Below, piece by piece: positions 38,866 through 50,696 of a stretch of DNA of 64,000 bases. How positions within the stretch are numbered: position 1 is the stretch's first letter; the number at the start of each line of letters is the position of its first letter. The translations under genes were made by a program, and so were the position numbers. Source of the DNA: Shigella phage ESh32. The notes beneath the pieces are model-generated. The model was not told where the DNA came from. It saw nothing but the letters and a program-made list of their open reading frames with translations, and ran no database searches. The stretch lies in the sequence record ON528742. One strand, written 5' to 3'.

Positions 38866-39522
38866 TTATTTAGCCCTTCCTAATATTCTGGCCGCCTGAG
38901 AACATATTGATTCAAGGCGGTCATTACTTATATGATCATTTCTATACCAGTACATGGTTATTGTTCCAGCATAGATGTTATCCAAATTAAAATATGGACA
39001 ACTGTACATGTAGTTTATTTCGGGAGTAGGCTTTTTAGTTGGTAAAAAAGCAAATTTTGAGTTGGAATAATAATGACGTCCATTTAAATGAACTGTATAT
39101 TCATCCATAGTTTTATCAACAGGATATCCTCCAAGTGATTTTTCACTTATTGTTGAAGGTAATTTTCCTTCATATGCTATAATATCAACAAAATAGTTTA
39201 AGTTTTTAGGGCGGAAAGAATACACCGCACTAAAGTCTGCCTCAGATGATATGTGAACTATCTGGAGTTGTTCCAGGGCGACAGATTCAAAGCGTGCGTT
39301 TCTTTCCTTTTCAATAATTTCACTGTATGTTTCATACTTTGATTGCTTATAGTACTCAAAGAAACTATCTCCCCTATACCAAACAATCGCCATCATAAAT
39401 AAAAGAATTACGACAGCTACCCGGGAAGCAAGAACTTTCCCGGTAGCGTTATCTTTGAACAAGCGATCTAGAACACCAAATAGAATATCAGAGGGCGAAA
39501 ATGATATTCTAGGTGCTGCCAT
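38866..39522 (-). CDS. t: holin T
   Basis: 218 aa, single N-terminal TM, recognised sequence. Confidence 0.92.
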   Translation of the reverse strand: MAAPRISFSPSDILFGVLDRLFKDNATGKVLASRVAVVILLFMMAIVWYRGDSFFEYYKQSKYETYSEIIEKERNARFESVALEQLQIVHISSEADFSAVYSFRPKNLNYFVDIIAYEGKLPSTISEKSLGGYPVDKTMDEYTVHLNGRHYYSNSKFAFLPTKKPTPEINYMYSCPYFNLDNIYAGTITMYWYRNDHISNDRLESICSQAARILGRAK

Positions 39523-39552
39523 AGACCCTCCTTTTAAGGATATTTATTCAAA

Positions 39553-40329
39553 TTATACTCTTGGACCATATATTGCTCCAACATTTATCCACGTTGGAGC
39601 AGACCCTATAACAGCATAACCAGCATCGCCGCCATTATATTCAGATCCTTGACCGCGAATATTGCATCTACCTCCCGCGGAACCTACTTCACCACCGTTT
39701 CCACCATTATAGATACCATTCACGGATCCTGAGCCAGGTGCAGAAATAGTACCGCCAGTCGCTCCTGATTGCATATCAATAGATCCGCCAGGTGCACCAA
39801 ACGGACGCCCACCGCCGCCGCCAAAGGTCAATCTCATTTGTGAAAAAGGAGAATAATATCCGCCGCCGCCGCCGCCACCGCCGCCTGCAATAGCTCCACC
39901 ATTATTAATTCTTAGTCTCCCACCAATATCGTTTTGAATACAATGACCTCCAGCTGAGCCAGGACTATTGCTACCGCCATTACCGCCACGACCATACATC
40001 GTTACGCCGTGTATATTCAACTGAACATATTCATTGGGTGTATCTCCATACATGAAGAATAAAGGAACATCTTTAGAATATGATACTAAATCTCCAGTGA
40101 TATTAAACACTATAGGTGCACTACCTGCCTCAAAACATCTATCTCGGAACCATTGACCATTGAAGTTATGGTCTGCTCCAAGCGTGTGAATTATTTCAAC
40201 AGATCGACCTATCATATTACTCATCCAAAACGGAATTCCCATTCTCAATCTCTGCGCGGCACCACCCATCCAATTTTGTCCTGTATTAACTACTGCAGAC
40301 GATCCTACCCACGGTCCTGTTACTGCCAT
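39553..40329 (-). CDS. 38: tail fibre adhesin gp38, T2/T6 type with glycine-rich motifs
   Basis: 258 aa from ATG after GGAGG; poly-Gly blocks separated by variable segments. Confidence 0.85.
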   Translation of the reverse strand: MAVTGPWVGSSAVVNTGQNWMGGAAQRLRMGIPFWMSNMIGRSVEIIHTLGADHNFNGQWFRDRCFEAGSAPIVFNITGDLVSYSKDVPLFFMYGDTPNEYVQLNIHGVTMYGRGGNGGSNSPGSAGGHCIQNDIGGRLRINNGGAIAGGGGGGGGGYYSPFSQMRLTFGGGGGRPFGAPGGSIDMQSGATGGTISAPGSGSVNGIYNGGNGGEVGSAGGRCNIRGQGSEYNGGDAGYAVIGSAPTWINVGAIYGPRV

Positions 40330-40360
40330 ATAAACCTCCAAGGGGCCGAAGCCCCTCTTA

Positions 40361-43300
40361 TTATTTTAACAATGATTTAACTAATGCTTTAAGTTCTTCA
40401 ATTTCTGATTTAAGTTCCGCAATTTCTGCAGTATGCTCATTGATTGCAGCTGTATTTAAACCAATTACACCGTTATAGTTCAAACGAAGTAAAGCTTCAC
40501 CATCCGGGTCGCCTTCAACTAATTCTGGTAAAATAGCTTGAACTTCTTGAGCAATTAACCCAGCGTTTGGTTCCCATTTCTGATTGCCTTCTTCGTCCGT
40601 TCCACGTTTCTGCATATAAGTGTAACCGTTAATTTTAGAAAGCTTCTGAGAAGCATTTTCAAATTTAACGAGGTCTTTTTTAACACGAATATCAGAACGG
40701 ACATAAACATCACGGACAAACGTTGAATAACTATCATTTGCCTGAACGAGATGCCCATGAGAAACGATAGCTCTTCCAACTTCTGTCCAAAAAGCACCGG
40801 TTGAATCCCAAAGCCCAGGATGAGATTGATAGCCTGCTCCCCAGTTTGCAATATGTATACCATTGGCAACCATATTGATTCGGCCGTCACCGCCATGAAC
40901 TAACCCAGTGTCATTATCACCAATAACAACGCATGCGCCTGTCCATGCAGGGTCACCTCCACCAGCTGATAATCTTACTCCAGCTTTAACCATGTCAGGA
41001 ACGTACATGTTTCCATTATGGTGGAATTCGAAGATAGCTTGCGGATCGCTAGCATTTTCCTGATTACCTACACGGATAATACCTTGTGCCCAGTTATTAG
41101 TAATGCGTCGCATACCGAAATCAACACCAGATACGTACCCTTCATTAGTAATAACAGATTTTCCTTTAATAATAGGATAATAGCAGTCATTGCCGACACT
41201 ACCAAAATCCACAAATATAGGAGCTTCTTGATGCCATTGGTTTCCCCAGTCACCAGCTTGATGCGCAGTCCATTGAGTCCCATTTATATGGAGACGATCG
41301 CGGTTAAAGTTAAATGTTGCAGCACCTTGTGGAATCAGCGCGATTTCACCAGTAGAGTTAATTTGCACAGCCCCATTGGTTTTATAGTTGTAGAATGATA
41401 CGGTATTATCAGCGCCGCCTTTACCAATATACCATTGATTTTCTCCACCGCCAGTAGAAAGAAGGTAGCTTGCATCAGTCGCTGAAGGCGCAGCTAAGTT
41501 AATAGCATCAGAATCTCTTCTAATAATCAACTTGCCGGTCATCGTGTCGCCTTCTTTCGAAACACGAGTCGCAATAGCATCGCGAATATTAGTTACGTCG
41601 CCAGCTGAAGTAAACGTTTTCCAGATATCAGACCAGATATTACCATTGCGAGCAATAGTAGCTTCACCGCCGCCGACAGCAACGTTATCTGGGAAGTTAA
41701 CAGTACCGTCTTGATTAAAACGAGACGTATGGCCTTGTGAACCATCTTCTTTCAGATGATGAATAACGAATGTACCCGAATTAATTTCAGTACCTAAAGA
41801 CCAAACGCATTTACCGTTTAAGAATTTCTGTTTAACAATAGGATAATATTTGCTTACAGCATCATCATCGATTTCCTGGAAAATAGGAGCCGCTTGAGCA
41901 TATTGAATGTCATAACCGCCGGCACCCGCTCCATGACCAACAAATTTAATATAACCGTTAGCAGCGAACGTATTGTAACTTGATTGTAAATCTGGAATAG
42001 TAACTTTACCAGTATCTAAAGCCATACTAAACGGGCGAAGTGGACCGATATCGCCGTGTTTACCTTCACCGTAAGCAGTTGGAATAATATGAAGACTACC
42101 TTCTGAACGTCTAAAAATGGCTCCATAATCTGCGTTCCAAATACGAAGCGCATTCACTGCTCCAGATGAAATTTCGCCTGTTGTGTGAACTCCTCTATTT
42201 CCAGCAGTAACACCAGATGATTCAAATGAACCGTTAACGTTCATTTCTACTTCACCTGTTGTAAGTCTTTGAATATAGCTCATCCAACTAGTTGCATCAG
42301 AAATTTCCATGACATTTTTACGATTACCTACGCTAGGATTAGTAAACGTATTGCCCCAAACGGAAATTGTCATATTATCAACTGAACTGCTACCAGTTGT
42401 GTTACCTCTAAACAACAGCGTAGAAGAATTATTTCTACCATCGATATTAACCGAACCACCAATAACGTCAATATTGCCTGGAGTAACTAACAAACCGCCA
42501 TGAGTATTAATGTTTGTGGTACCCTTACCGCGGAAATAGTGATGATAGTTACCGCCTTGATAATATCCTAAAAGAGTTTGACCGTCGCCGTATGCGTTAT
42601 TATCATGGTAAGTAACAACAGTGGCCAAAGCATAGTTTTCTGTCGGCGGCGTTGTCATAAGAATCCCGTCCGGAGAATAACCCATAACCATTTTTCTAAG
42701 GCTTTGTGTTTCCGCAGGGCCGTAGATGAAAGTTCTTGTTCCATTGTTTACTGTATGAAAATATCCGTCCTGATGCCATTTAAATCCGGTGTCATTATCA
42801 CCAAGAGCAATTGAGGCCGTTCCTAATTCAGAATATCCTTTAGAGCCACCCGGAAGACCTACAGAAATAGAATGACCGGCTTTCAATCCACCTGACCAGG
42901 TAAACGACCAAAGATATGCGTCAAGTCCATCTCCAGCATACCAAGTTATTCCATCATTATCTTTAACTTCATGGAAAATGCCAGAACCGACTGCATTACG
43001 CATAATACGGAGATGGTTAATAGCCGTTTCGCTTTCTGTCAATGGAGTGTTATTTGCTAATGAATAGATATCATAATCTCCTGTCTTCTTCCCATTTGTA
43101 ATAACTTTGTCGGTCAGAATTTGCGGAGACGAAATAGATTTCCATGCTGATACTTCGGGTGAAGTAAATAGGCCACTGCCTGAAAATGCATAAGTGCTTT
43201 CGCTACCAGCGGCGTAGTCTTGAACCCTGATATTAAGTACTTGTGTAGTTAAACCATCATTAGCCGGGGCATAAATGATTCCACGTTCGCGACTATTGCC

Positions 43301-43675
43301 ATCGAAAAAACGAACATGCGCTGTACCTGAGCTTTTTGTAATAAGTTCTCCGCCTTCAGTCATAATTTGCCCGGCGGCAATAATATCGCGAGTTACTCGA
43401 GCAATACCAGTTAAATTAAAATTACCTGTCTGAGTGAAGGTGCCATTTAAAGTATAATCGCCAGTTTGGTTATAATTACCTGTATGAATAACATTCCCGT
43501 CAATACTACCGCCTTTAGCAAAACCCAGATCAATAATATTTCCTTGGTCATCTTTAGTAAAAAGTACACGGTCTTTTAAGTTTATAGCCAATTCACCTTC
43601 GGCTAATACTGAAGCGGCAGGACGTGCTCCTGCAGTTTTGCTTCTTTTAAATTGTATTTGTTTTAAAGTAGCCAT
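40361..43675 (-). CDS. 37: long tail fibre distal subunit gp37 with C-terminal chaperone-like domain
   Basis: 1104 aa; C-terminus [15 protein letters not shown]... plus coiled coil. Confidence 0.9.
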   Translation of the reverse strand: MATLKQIQFKRSKTAGARPAASVLAEGELAINLKDRVLFTKDDQGNIIDLGFAKGGSIDGNVIHTGNYNQTGDYTLNGTFTQTGNFNLTGIARVTRDIIAAGQIMTEGGELITKSSGTAHVRFFDGNSRERGIIYAPANDGLTTQVLNIRVQDYAAGSESTYAFSGSGLFTSPEVSAWKSISSPQILTDKVITNGKKTGDYDIYSLANNTPLTESETAINHLRIMRNAVGSGIFHEVKDNDGITWYAGDGLDAYLWSFTWSGGLKAGHSISVGLPGGSKGYSELGTASIALGDNDTGFKWHQDGYFHTVNNGTRTFIYGPAETQSLRKMVMGYSPDGILMTTPPTENYALATVVTYHDNNAYGDGQTLLGYYQGGNYHHYFRGKGTTNINTHGGLLVTPGNIDVIGGSVNIDGRNNSSTLLFRGNTTGSSSVDNMTISVWGNTFTNPSVGNRKNVMEISDATSWMSYIQRLTTGEVEMNVNGSFESSGVTAGNRGVHTTGEISSGAVNALRIWNADYGAIFRRSEGSLHIIPTAYGEGKHGDIGPLRPFSMALDTGKVTIPDLQSSYNTFAANGYIKFVGHGAGAGGYDIQYAQAAPIFQEIDDDAVSKYYPIVKQKFLNGKCVWSLGTEINSGTFVIHHLKEDGSQGHTSRFNQDGTVNFPDNVAVGGGEATIARNGNIWSDIWKTFTSAGDVTNIRDAIATRVSKEGDTMTGKLIIRRDSDAINLAAPSATDASYLLSTGGGENQWYIGKGGADNTVSFYNYKTNGAVQINSTGEIALIPQGAATFNFNRDRLHINGTQWTAHQAGDWGNQWHQEAPIFVDFGSVGNDCYYPIIKGKSVITNEGYVSGVDFGMRRITNNWAQGIIRVGNQENASDPQAIFEFHHNGNMYVPDMVKAGVRLSAGGGDPAWTGACVVIGDNDTGLVHGGDGRINMVANGIHIANWGAGYQSHPGLWDSTGAFWTEVGRAIVSHGHLVQANDSYSTFVRDVYVRSDIRVKKDLVKFENASQKLSKINGYTYMQKRGTDEEGNQKWEPNAGLIAQEVQAILPELVEGDPDGEALLRLNYNGVIGLNTAAINEHTAEIAELKSEIEELKALVKSLLK

Positions 43676-43683
43676 AAGTCCTC

Positions 43684-44340
43684 TTAATAATAGCCGAAAT
43701 CTTGAACAGAATCCTTAATAACAATTTGGTCAAATCGTGGAACATGTGAGGGTTGAGATGCAGGATTCTGTGAAAAAAGGTTTGGCGCAGTTAAATTTCC
43801 TGTCATAGTATCTCCAGAGCGTAATACCCTAGAGTTTGCGTTTGCTGTAACAATATTTATTGCTCCATCAACATAATCTTTCCGCGTAAGGTCATAATTA
43901 TTTACTGGTGATAACGAAGTTACACGGATTTGTGATGCTTCAATTACGCCCTTTGAGCTAATATCTCCATTTCGTGCGTTAATTACTACAGTTCTACCTG
44001 CTGTTCCTTGTGATGATTTAAAACCAATACCATACCACGAAACAATATCCATATTTGTAGTATCATACGTGGCACTATCACCAGGACCAGCAAAAATACC
44101 ATTATCACCTGACCCTGCGCCAGGAACAGTCATTCCTTTATTAAAAATTACTTTATTTAAATAAGTACCGCCATTAGCTTTAGAAACGAAATCGTTATCA
44201 GCAGCTTGTGGTTTATTATATTCTGAATATATTTTAAATGATTTATAGAGTACATCGTCACCGGCTGGATTCAATGGAAAATTTCCTTGATGCCAAATGA
44301 CAGAGCCTCCGGTTGTTGAACCTACTTTTAAATCAGCCAT
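43684..44340 (-). CDS. 36: long tail fibre gp36
   Basis: 218 aa; synteny. Confidence 0.85.
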   Translation of the reverse strand: MADLKVGSTTGGSVIWHQGNFPLNPAGDDVLYKSFKIYSEYNKPQAADNDFVSKANGGTYLNKVIFNKGMTVPGAGSGDNGIFAGPGDSATYDTTNMDIVSWYGIGFKSSQGTAGRTVVINARNGDISSKGVIEASQIRVTSLSPVNNYDLTRKDYVDGAINIVTANANSRVLRSGDTMTGNLTAPNLFSQNPASQPSHVPRFDQIVIKDSVQDFGYY

Positions 44341-44363
44341 TGTATGCCCCTTTATTTTAATAG

Positions 44364-44371
44364 TATTTATA
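44364..44371 (-). promoter_or_regulatory. late promoter TATAAATA for gene 36
   Basis: TATTTATA on + strand upstream of gene 36 start. Confidence 0.65.
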
Positions 44372-44379
44372 AAGAAAAA

Positions 44380-44397
44380 GGGAACCCGAAGGCTCCC
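44380..44397 (-). terminator. hairpin plus U-run after gene 35
   Basis: GGGAGCC-TTCG-GGTTCCC with one mismatch, then T-run. Confidence 0.55.
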
Positions 44398-44402
44398 TCA
44401 AT

Positions 44403-45518
44403 TTAAACTTCTCTAAATTCTTGTCCAAACACTTTACCAGTTTTAGACGATGCTTGTGTAGGAAGTACCATTATATCTGGAGGTGAAGCAGATTCACAGA
44501 CATAATTAACTCGAATACCATTGACGCCAAATTCTGCAGGTTTTGAAATTCCGCCATTTCTTGATACTTCAGAAAAACTTAAATTCCTCATGCCACCTTG
44601 ACCTGCTTGGGCAGTTCTTTGTGCATATATCGTAAATCCCATGGCGTTTTCTGGAATAACTACATAATCTTCCTTTAATTCCCATGACTCAGCTTGTCCA
44701 GTAAACTCAGCATGTGTTGAAGAAATATATCCATTCGATTCGTCATAAAAACGGATAGATATATTTGTAGTTCCAAGCGCAAGTAAATCGGCATCGGCAT
44801 ATAACTGTGCTTTAAGATAAAGAACATCACCAGGAATTAAATTATAATCAGATAATTTACTTATCGCGGATGAAGTTGGTAGACGTGCAATTTCGTTATT
44901 AGTTCCACCAACCGCTGACATAAATTGCTCAACGCTTTCATACGTTCTTCTTGGAAACCCGGTAGCTCCAACGTCTTCTAAACTATCAAATACAACATCT
45001 AAAACAGTTTGATAATCATCTGTGCTTTTTCTATTACTTAGTTTAACATGTTCTAATGCAATAGCTCTTTTAGAAGAAGTATAAAAGGCAGCATATGATA
45101 CGTCAAATCTTGACAATATAGAATCAGATGGAAAAGCAGACGTTCCCGCGGCTCTTAGCCAAGATACTACCTCAGGAGGAAAATTAACCTTTCCGCTAGT
45201 TAATATAGCAACAAGTCTATTACTTGAAAAAGAATTCATGAAACTAACAAAGGCAGCTGATGTAGTATCATTTGAAGTCGAAAAAGCATATGACTTACTA
45301 TCAACTAATGCTCCGGTGGAAGGGTCAAAAACTCTTAAATGAAGGCCTGCGCTAAATGTTTGACTTCCAACAGGATTATCCTGAAATTTGACATATGGTC
45401 CTGCTGTAGAAAGCGGGCAAGAACCCGCTATACTTATTTTATATCTTACTGAATTACTTTCCGATAAAAATGGCGTTTGGACATATCCTTGTCCAAACTT
45501 TGCCATAAATTTTTCCAT
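44403..45518 (-). CDS. 35: long tail fibre hinge gp35
   Basis: 371 aa; synteny. Confidence 0.85.
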   Translation of the reverse strand: MEKFMAKFGQGYVQTPFLSESNSVRYKISIAGSCPLSTAGPYVKFQDNPVGSQTFSAGLHLRVFDPSTGALVDSKSYAFSTSNDTTSAAFVSFMNSFSSNRLVAILTSGKVNFPPEVVSWLRAAGTSAFPSDSILSRFDVSYAAFYTSSKRAIALEHVKLSNRKSTDDYQTVLDVVFDSLEDVGATGFPRRTYESVEQFMSAVGGTNNEIARLPTSSAISKLSDYNLIPGDVLYLKAQLYADADLLALGTTNISIRFYDESNGYISSTHAEFTGQAESWELKEDYVVIPENAMGFTIYAQRTAQAGQGGMRNLSFSEVSRNGGISKPAEFGVNGIRVNYVCESASPPDIMVLPTQASSKTGKVFGQEFREV

Positions 45519-45526
45519 AATACCTC

Positions 45527-48500
45527 TTATTCAACCCATTCAAATTTAACCGTTTTATTCACTGGGTCAGGAACAATGCGAACATTACCAATTCGTAAGA
45601 AATCACGAATAGTAAGATTACCCATTATAGCATTATCAGATGGTAAAGCACCAATATCAGACGGTTGAGGAGGGTTACCTCCGTCAAATACCTGAACAAA
45701 ACTTGACCAAGAGTTTTTGGTTTTCTGCCATGTGCGTGTCCAACGAGTGGTACGAGCTTCTGGGGTCGTTGGATAAGTAATCCAATCTTGGTAAAGCGAA
45801 TCAAGTGTATTACCAAACTGAGTCAATGTACCAGGAGATTTAACTTCTTCGCCACGTTCTAAGTATGGAAGTCCAGTCACTTCATTAGTTTTTTCAACCA
45901 TTTTAAAATAACCAGGGAATTGATTATAAGTGGCCGAATCGTTAATATCAATTGACCAGAATCCTACAGTATCAGATGTTGGTGCGCGGGTATATAAATC
46001 AGATGTTTTAGTGCCCTGAGAACGAATTCTCGAGTTAACAGTCAAACCACCTGAATTTATAGTAGCACCTTTGGCAATGATTAAGCTTTCACCAATCGTT
46101 ACTTGACCAGATGCATTATTAATAGCTAAAGGACGTAATCCATTAAATCCACCAGTCTGATCACCCGATGCAGTAAGCATAAAATAGGTGTTAGCAGCAT
46201 CATTACGAATAAAGAATCCATAATCACCGTTTATTGCTCTAAAAGCATTCGACGATTTACTGATAAATTCGCCATTAGCAGTAACTGAACTACCGAATGT
46301 TGCAACGCCGTTCGCATTCAAAGAACCTAAAGCATTCACATTTATTGGCATTACAGTACCATTAATGCTAAATGCTATATTACCATCTTTATCGCGTTGA
46401 GAATAAAAGTGATAAGATGTTTCATCACTAACTTCAAATACAGTAGAACGCGTTGCATCTGATTCACCACTAAATTGATTACCCCACACTCTAATAGTCA
46501 CCGTCTGTGCTTGGTTAGTTCCAGTTTGAGGTCCTTTCTCAAAAATCAGATGAGTTTCTGTTCCAGTATTAGAAATAGTTAGTACACTATTTGCCGAAAC
46601 TGAACCACCAAACGTAGCAGTACTAGATGATACAAGAGGGGCACTCAGATTCGTTTGTTGGGTTAAGGTTAGTGAACCATTAACTGTCTGTGCAATATCC
46701 CTACGAATGAACTGAGATGAATCTAGACCATCTAATAAATTACTATCTACCGCTTTTGCTTTTAACGGCAGATAATTTGCTAATACACGGTTTAATTCAT
46801 ATGGTGATACTGCATAGTTATTTTTCTCATACAGTTCTAAATCTTGGGTAGAACCGGCTGTATCATTACCAACGAATGTAATTGAACCAGACGAAGTTTT
46901 AACAAAACCTCTTACTAGGGTAGTAGCTGCCCAGGTAGGTTCACTCTGCACGATCCATTTTAAATTTTTTGGAGATACAGCAGTATTTGCCGATGTTCCA
47001 GCAACAGTTTCGGTTTGTGTTGCAACTTTAATAACACCTTCTTGTGCTTCAGTAGATTTAGTACCTAAAAGCTTTTTAGGAGTTATTAAAACATTATCTA
47101 ATGTTCCTGCAGCAGCTTCGACCTGTGTAGCTACACGAAGTGTACCACGTTGTGTCTCATTTGCTTCAAGAATATTAAGGGTATAATGGTCCCAGAGAGT
47201 TCCTGATTCAATTAATCCAGATAGAGCAACAACAGAAGTACGATCAGTACTATTAAATCTGGTTTTAATTTTTAATGGTGTAGAGATACGAGTATCGTCG
47301 ACGCCTGCGTCGAATTCAACTTGTGTCGCAATTTCAGCTATACCACTTAAACTTTCAGTTGCTCTACGGTCATTTAAAGTTTTAGGAGTGACTGCACGAG
47401 TATAATCAGTTCCTGTATTAACTTCACTTTGCGTAGCAATTTCAATTAATCCAATTCTTCCATCAGTTGATGTCTTTTTATGTAACGTTTCTGGTGTTAC
47501 AACCGCATTTGCCCATCCTTCTTGACTCTGTCCAGCAATTACTTCGCTTTCAACTGCTAAAATTACTGCACCTTGTTGCGTTGGAGTAGCTTTATATTGA
47601 TCTAAAGCTTTAGGTGAAACAACTAAATTATTAGTGTTTTTATTATAAACGTTTGTACCATTTAATTCACGACTAGAAGCTGGAGTAGCACCTGCAGTAG
47701 ATACAAAGGTTACAATACCAGATAATGATTCAGAACCTTGACGAGCTTGAAGCTTTTTAGGAGTGATGATTGTAGTATCATCGGTTCCTGCATTAGTTTC
47801 TTGCTGTGTAGCAATTTCAGCAACACCTCTGCGAGTTTCAGTAGCTGTTCTTTCATTCAGCTTTTTAGGAGTGATGATAATATCATCAGCAAAAGAGAAT
47901 GTAGTATCCTGGTTAACTTGAGCAGTAGTTGCTATTCTTGCGATACCTCTACGAGTTTCAGTAGCAGTACGGTTAGCTAACGTTTCTGGAGTAATTGCTA
48001 ATTCTTTTTGCGGAGAATTTTCTAAATCGACGTTAGCTTGAGCCTGTGTAGCTAAAGCAATTACGCCTAATCTTGCTCTAGTAGAATCATTTAAAGAATC
48101 TACTCTTTCTACGGTTGGAACATTTTGCTGTACAACCCAATATTTTCCATCAGAATCTTCAATATAAGCGAGCTGTAAAACTGGAACATAATTAGTTTCA
48201 CCATTAAAAACTAATTCTTGGACTGTAACCCATTCAGCTTCAGGCGGATATTCTGAGCGTTTTGGGAATTGCAGCAATTGAACTGAAGAAGCAATTTTAT
48301 CTTCACCTGCAGCTTTGATTTTAACCGTTTGTCCTTTTCTCATGTAATTCATGGAAATTTTGACAGTATCACCAACAGAAATATCAGTCGGAAGCTGAAG
48401 TTCAATTGTCTGAGCTGTTCCGTTATTCGCGCCAAATACCATGACTTCTTCATTTGGACGAATATTAGAATTAGTCGTTATAATGCGTAAACGTGCTTTA

Positions 48501-49396
48501 CTATCCCCGTCAAACAATCTCCACAATTTCTCATTATCATCAAACATTAAGAAACCATCAATAGATGTACGGCCTTCAATGGAATGAGTTCCAACTTCTT
48601 GTACTGAAGTTGTTTCATCATATGTAGTAACAATTGTGTGATAAAGAGGATTTAATTTATCCAAATCAACGAAATTAATAATATCGCCATGATTGGCAAA
48701 TCTTGGAAGTTTAATATTAATTGCTGAAGCAGAAGTAAATCTACGTACGATAAAATCGTTTGATTGCGCCTGATAGAGACTCGCAGGCGTTACAACTACA
48801 GCTTCTCTACTATAATCAGCGACATACATTTGCCACAGACGATTACTAAAAATTAAAACTATCTGTGATTTTGGATGAGTCATTAGTACTGAACGTACTT
48901 GCTGACCTCTAAAATTTACAATGCTTTGTACCGGAGCTGTAATTAAAACTTGATTAACTCCAGGTTTTCCTCCAATATCTTGGAGAACGATAGTATCACC
49001 GTCAATTGGGGTAGATGGTAAAGTAAATGTAATGTCATTACCAGCTGCAGTATCAACTGAAATTGATTCACCCGATTTTAATTGATAAGGTCCTGATGAA
49101 ACAGTTGTCCAGTTTGCATCAGTACGTAACGCTCTCCAGCGTACGCTATTAAAAGCTCCTGCTGGTTTTGGAATATCATTTATAGCAGCCCAAAAGCGGT
49201 TATCATAAATGATTACAAAATCTTTTAAATATCCACGAGTTGGATCGTATTGTTGAACTGTGTTTTCTTGAATTAAGTAATCAACGTTAACACCGTCAGT
49301 TCCTACGGCACGATCAGCTAAAGCTACGTTGATTATTTTATCACCACCTGCGTCCAGACCATCTTCTGCTCTGAACTTTCTTTTAATCTCGGCCAT
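45527..49396 (-). CDS. 34: long tail fibre proximal subunit gp34
   Basis: 1289 aa; synteny. Confidence 0.93.
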   Translation of the reverse strand: MAEIKRKFRAEDGLDAGGDKIINVALADRAVGTDGVNVDYLIQENTVQQYDPTRGYLKDFVIIYDNRFWAAINDIPKPAGAFNSVRWRALRTDANWTTVSSGPYQLKSGESISVDTAAGNDITFTLPSTPIDGDTIVLQDIGGKPGVNQVLITAPVQSIVNFRGQQVRSVLMTHPKSQIVLIFSNRLWQMYVADYSREAVVVTPASLYQAQSNDFIVRRFTSASAINIKLPRFANHGDIINFVDLDKLNPLYHTIVTTYDETTSVQEVGTHSIEGRTSIDGFLMFDDNEKLWRLFDGDSKARLRIITTNSNIRPNEEVMVFGANNGTAQTIELQLPTDISVGDTVKISMNYMRKGQTVKIKAAGEDKIASSVQLLQFPKRSEYPPEAEWVTVQELVFNGETNYVPVLQLAYIEDSDGKYWVVQQNVPTVERVDSLNDSTRARLGVIALATQAQANVDLENSPQKELAITPETLANRTATETRRGIARIATTAQVNQDTTFSFADDIIITPKKLNERTATETRRGVAEIATQQETNAGTDDTTIITPKKLQARQGSESLSGIVTFVSTAGATPASSRELNGTNVYNKNTNNLVVSPKALDQYKATPTQQGAVILAVESEVIAGQSQEGWANAVVTPETLHKKTSTDGRIGLIEIATQSEVNTGTDYTRAVTPKTLNDRRATESLSGIAEIATQVEFDAGVDDTRISTPLKIKTRFNSTDRTSVVALSGLIESGTLWDHYTLNILEANETQRGTLRVATQVEAAAGTLDNVLITPKKLLGTKSTEAQEGVIKVATQTETVAGTSANTAVSPKNLKWIVQSEPTWAATTLVRGFVKTSSGSITFVGNDTAGSTQDLELYEKNNYAVSPYELNRVLANYLPLKAKAVDSNLLDGLDSSQFIRRDIAQTVNGSLTLTQQTNLSAPLVSSSTATFGGSVSANSVLTISNTGTETHLIFEKGPQTGTNQAQTVTIRVWGNQFSGESDATRSTVFEVSDETSYHFYSQRDKDGNIAFSINGTVMPINVNALGSLNANGVATFGSSVTANGEFISKSSNAFRAINGDYGFFIRNDAANTYFMLTASGDQTGGFNGLRPLAINNASGQVTIGESLIIAKGATINSGGLTVNSRIRSQGTKTSDLYTRAPTSDTVGFWSIDINDSATYNQFPGYFKMVEKTNEVTGLPYLERGEEVKSPGTLTQFGNTLDSLYQDWITYPTTPEARTTRWTRTWQKTKNSWSSFVQVFDGGNPPQPSDIGALPSDNAIMGNLTIRDFLRIGNVRIVPDPVNKTVKFEWVE

Positions 49397-49430
49397 TCTC
49401 CCGGGCTCCTATTGTGTTTTCAATAATAAG

Positions 49431-49438
49431 TATTTATA
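49431..49438 (-). promoter_or_regulatory. late promoter TATAAATA for gene 34
   Basis: TATTTATA on + strand 35 nt upstream of gene 34 ATG. Confidence 0.65.
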
Positions 49439-49500
49439 CTTGTTTACTTTAAGATTTGGATGGTATATAATAGAAATCTCACTAATTGAACGAGGTTCAT

Positions 49501-50418
49501 ATGGATTTAGAAATGATGCTGGATGAAGATTACAAAGAAGGAATTTGCTTTATTGACTTTAGTCAAATTGCGCTTTCAACTGCTTTAGTAAACTTCCCAG
49601 ATAAAGAAAAAATTAATTTATCAATGGTTCGTCATTTGATATTGAACTCAATTAAGTTTAATGTCAAAAAAGCAAAAACGCTTGGATACACTAAAATTGT
49701 ACTGTGTATTGATAACGCGAAATCTGGATACTGGCGTCGTGATTTCGCGTATTATTACAAGAAAAACCGTGGAAAAGCACGAGAAGAATCGACTTGGGAC
49801 TGGGAAGGTTATTTTGAATCCAGCCATAAAGTTATAGATGAATTGAAAGCTTATATGCCATACATTGTTATGGATATTGATAAGTATGAAGCAGATGACC
49901 ACATTGCTGTTCTTGTTAAAAAGTTCTCTTTGGAAGGACACAAGATTTTAATCATTTCATCGGATGGTGACTTCACTCAGCTTCACAAATATCCAAATGT
50001 TAAGCAATGGTCACCGATGCATAAGAAATGGGTTAAAATTAAAAGCGGTTCTGCTGAAATTGACTGTATGACTAAAATCCTTAAAGGCGACAAAAAGGAT
50101 AACGTTGCTTCAGTTAAAGTACGATCTGACTTTTGGTTTACCAAAGTTGAAGGTGAACGAACCCCTTCAATGAAAACTTCAATCGTTGAAGCTATTGCTA
50201 ATGACCGTGAGCAAGCTAAGGTGCTTCTCACAGAATCTGAATATAATCGTTATAAAGAAAATTTAGTTCTAATTGATTTTGATTATATTCCTGATAATAT
50301 TGCTTCAAACATTGTGAATTACTATAATTCATATAAATTACCACCGCGTGGCAAAATTTATTCATATTTTGTAAAAGCGGGTCTTTCTAAATTAACTAAT
50401 AGCATTAATGAATTTTGA
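49501..50418 (+). CDS. rnh: RNase H (5'-3' exonuclease, FEN family)
   Basis: 305 aa from MDLEMM. Confidence 0.9.
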   Translation: MDLEMMLDEDYKEGICFIDFSQIALSTALVNFPDKEKINLSMVRHLILNSIKFNVKKAKTLGYTKIVLCIDNAKSGYWRRDFAYYYKKNRGKAREESTWDWEGYFESSHKVIDELKAYMPYIVMDIDKYEADDHIAVLVKKFSLEGHKILIISSDGDFTQLHKYPNVKQWSPMHKKWVKIKSGSAEIDCMTKILKGDKKDNVASVKVRSDFWFTKVEGERTPSMKTSIVEAIANDREQAKVLLTESEYNRYKENLVLIDFDYIPDNIASNIVNYYNSYKLPPRGKIYSYFVKAGLSKLTNSINEF

Positions 50419-50426
50419 GGTGAATA

Positions 50427-50696
50427 ATGGCTAAAAAAGAAATGGTTGAATTTGATGAAGCTATCCATGGCGAAGACTTGGCTAAATTTATTAAAGAAGC
50501 ATCTGATCATAAACTGAAAATTTCCGGTTATAATGAATTGATTAAAGATATTCGAATTCGTGCCAAAGATGAACTTGGTGTTGATGGCAAGATGTTTAAT
50601 CGTCTTTTGGCTCTATATCATAAAGATAACCGTGATGTGTTTGAAGCTGAAACTGAAGAGGTAGTTGAACTTTATGACACAGTTTTCTCTAAATGA
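50427..50696 (+). CDS. dsbA: dsDNA-binding late transcription protein DsbA
   Basis: 89 aa; synteny. Confidence 0.75.
   Translation: MAKKEMVEFDEAIHGEDLAKFIKEASDHKLKISGYNELIKDIRIRAKDELGVDGKMFNRLLALYHKDNRDVFEAETEEVVELYDTVFSK

Noticed and set aside
40555-42814. Several + strand ORFs (60-126 aa) inside gene 37
   Set aside because: They lie antisense within a long late gene with a strong coding pattern on the minus strand.
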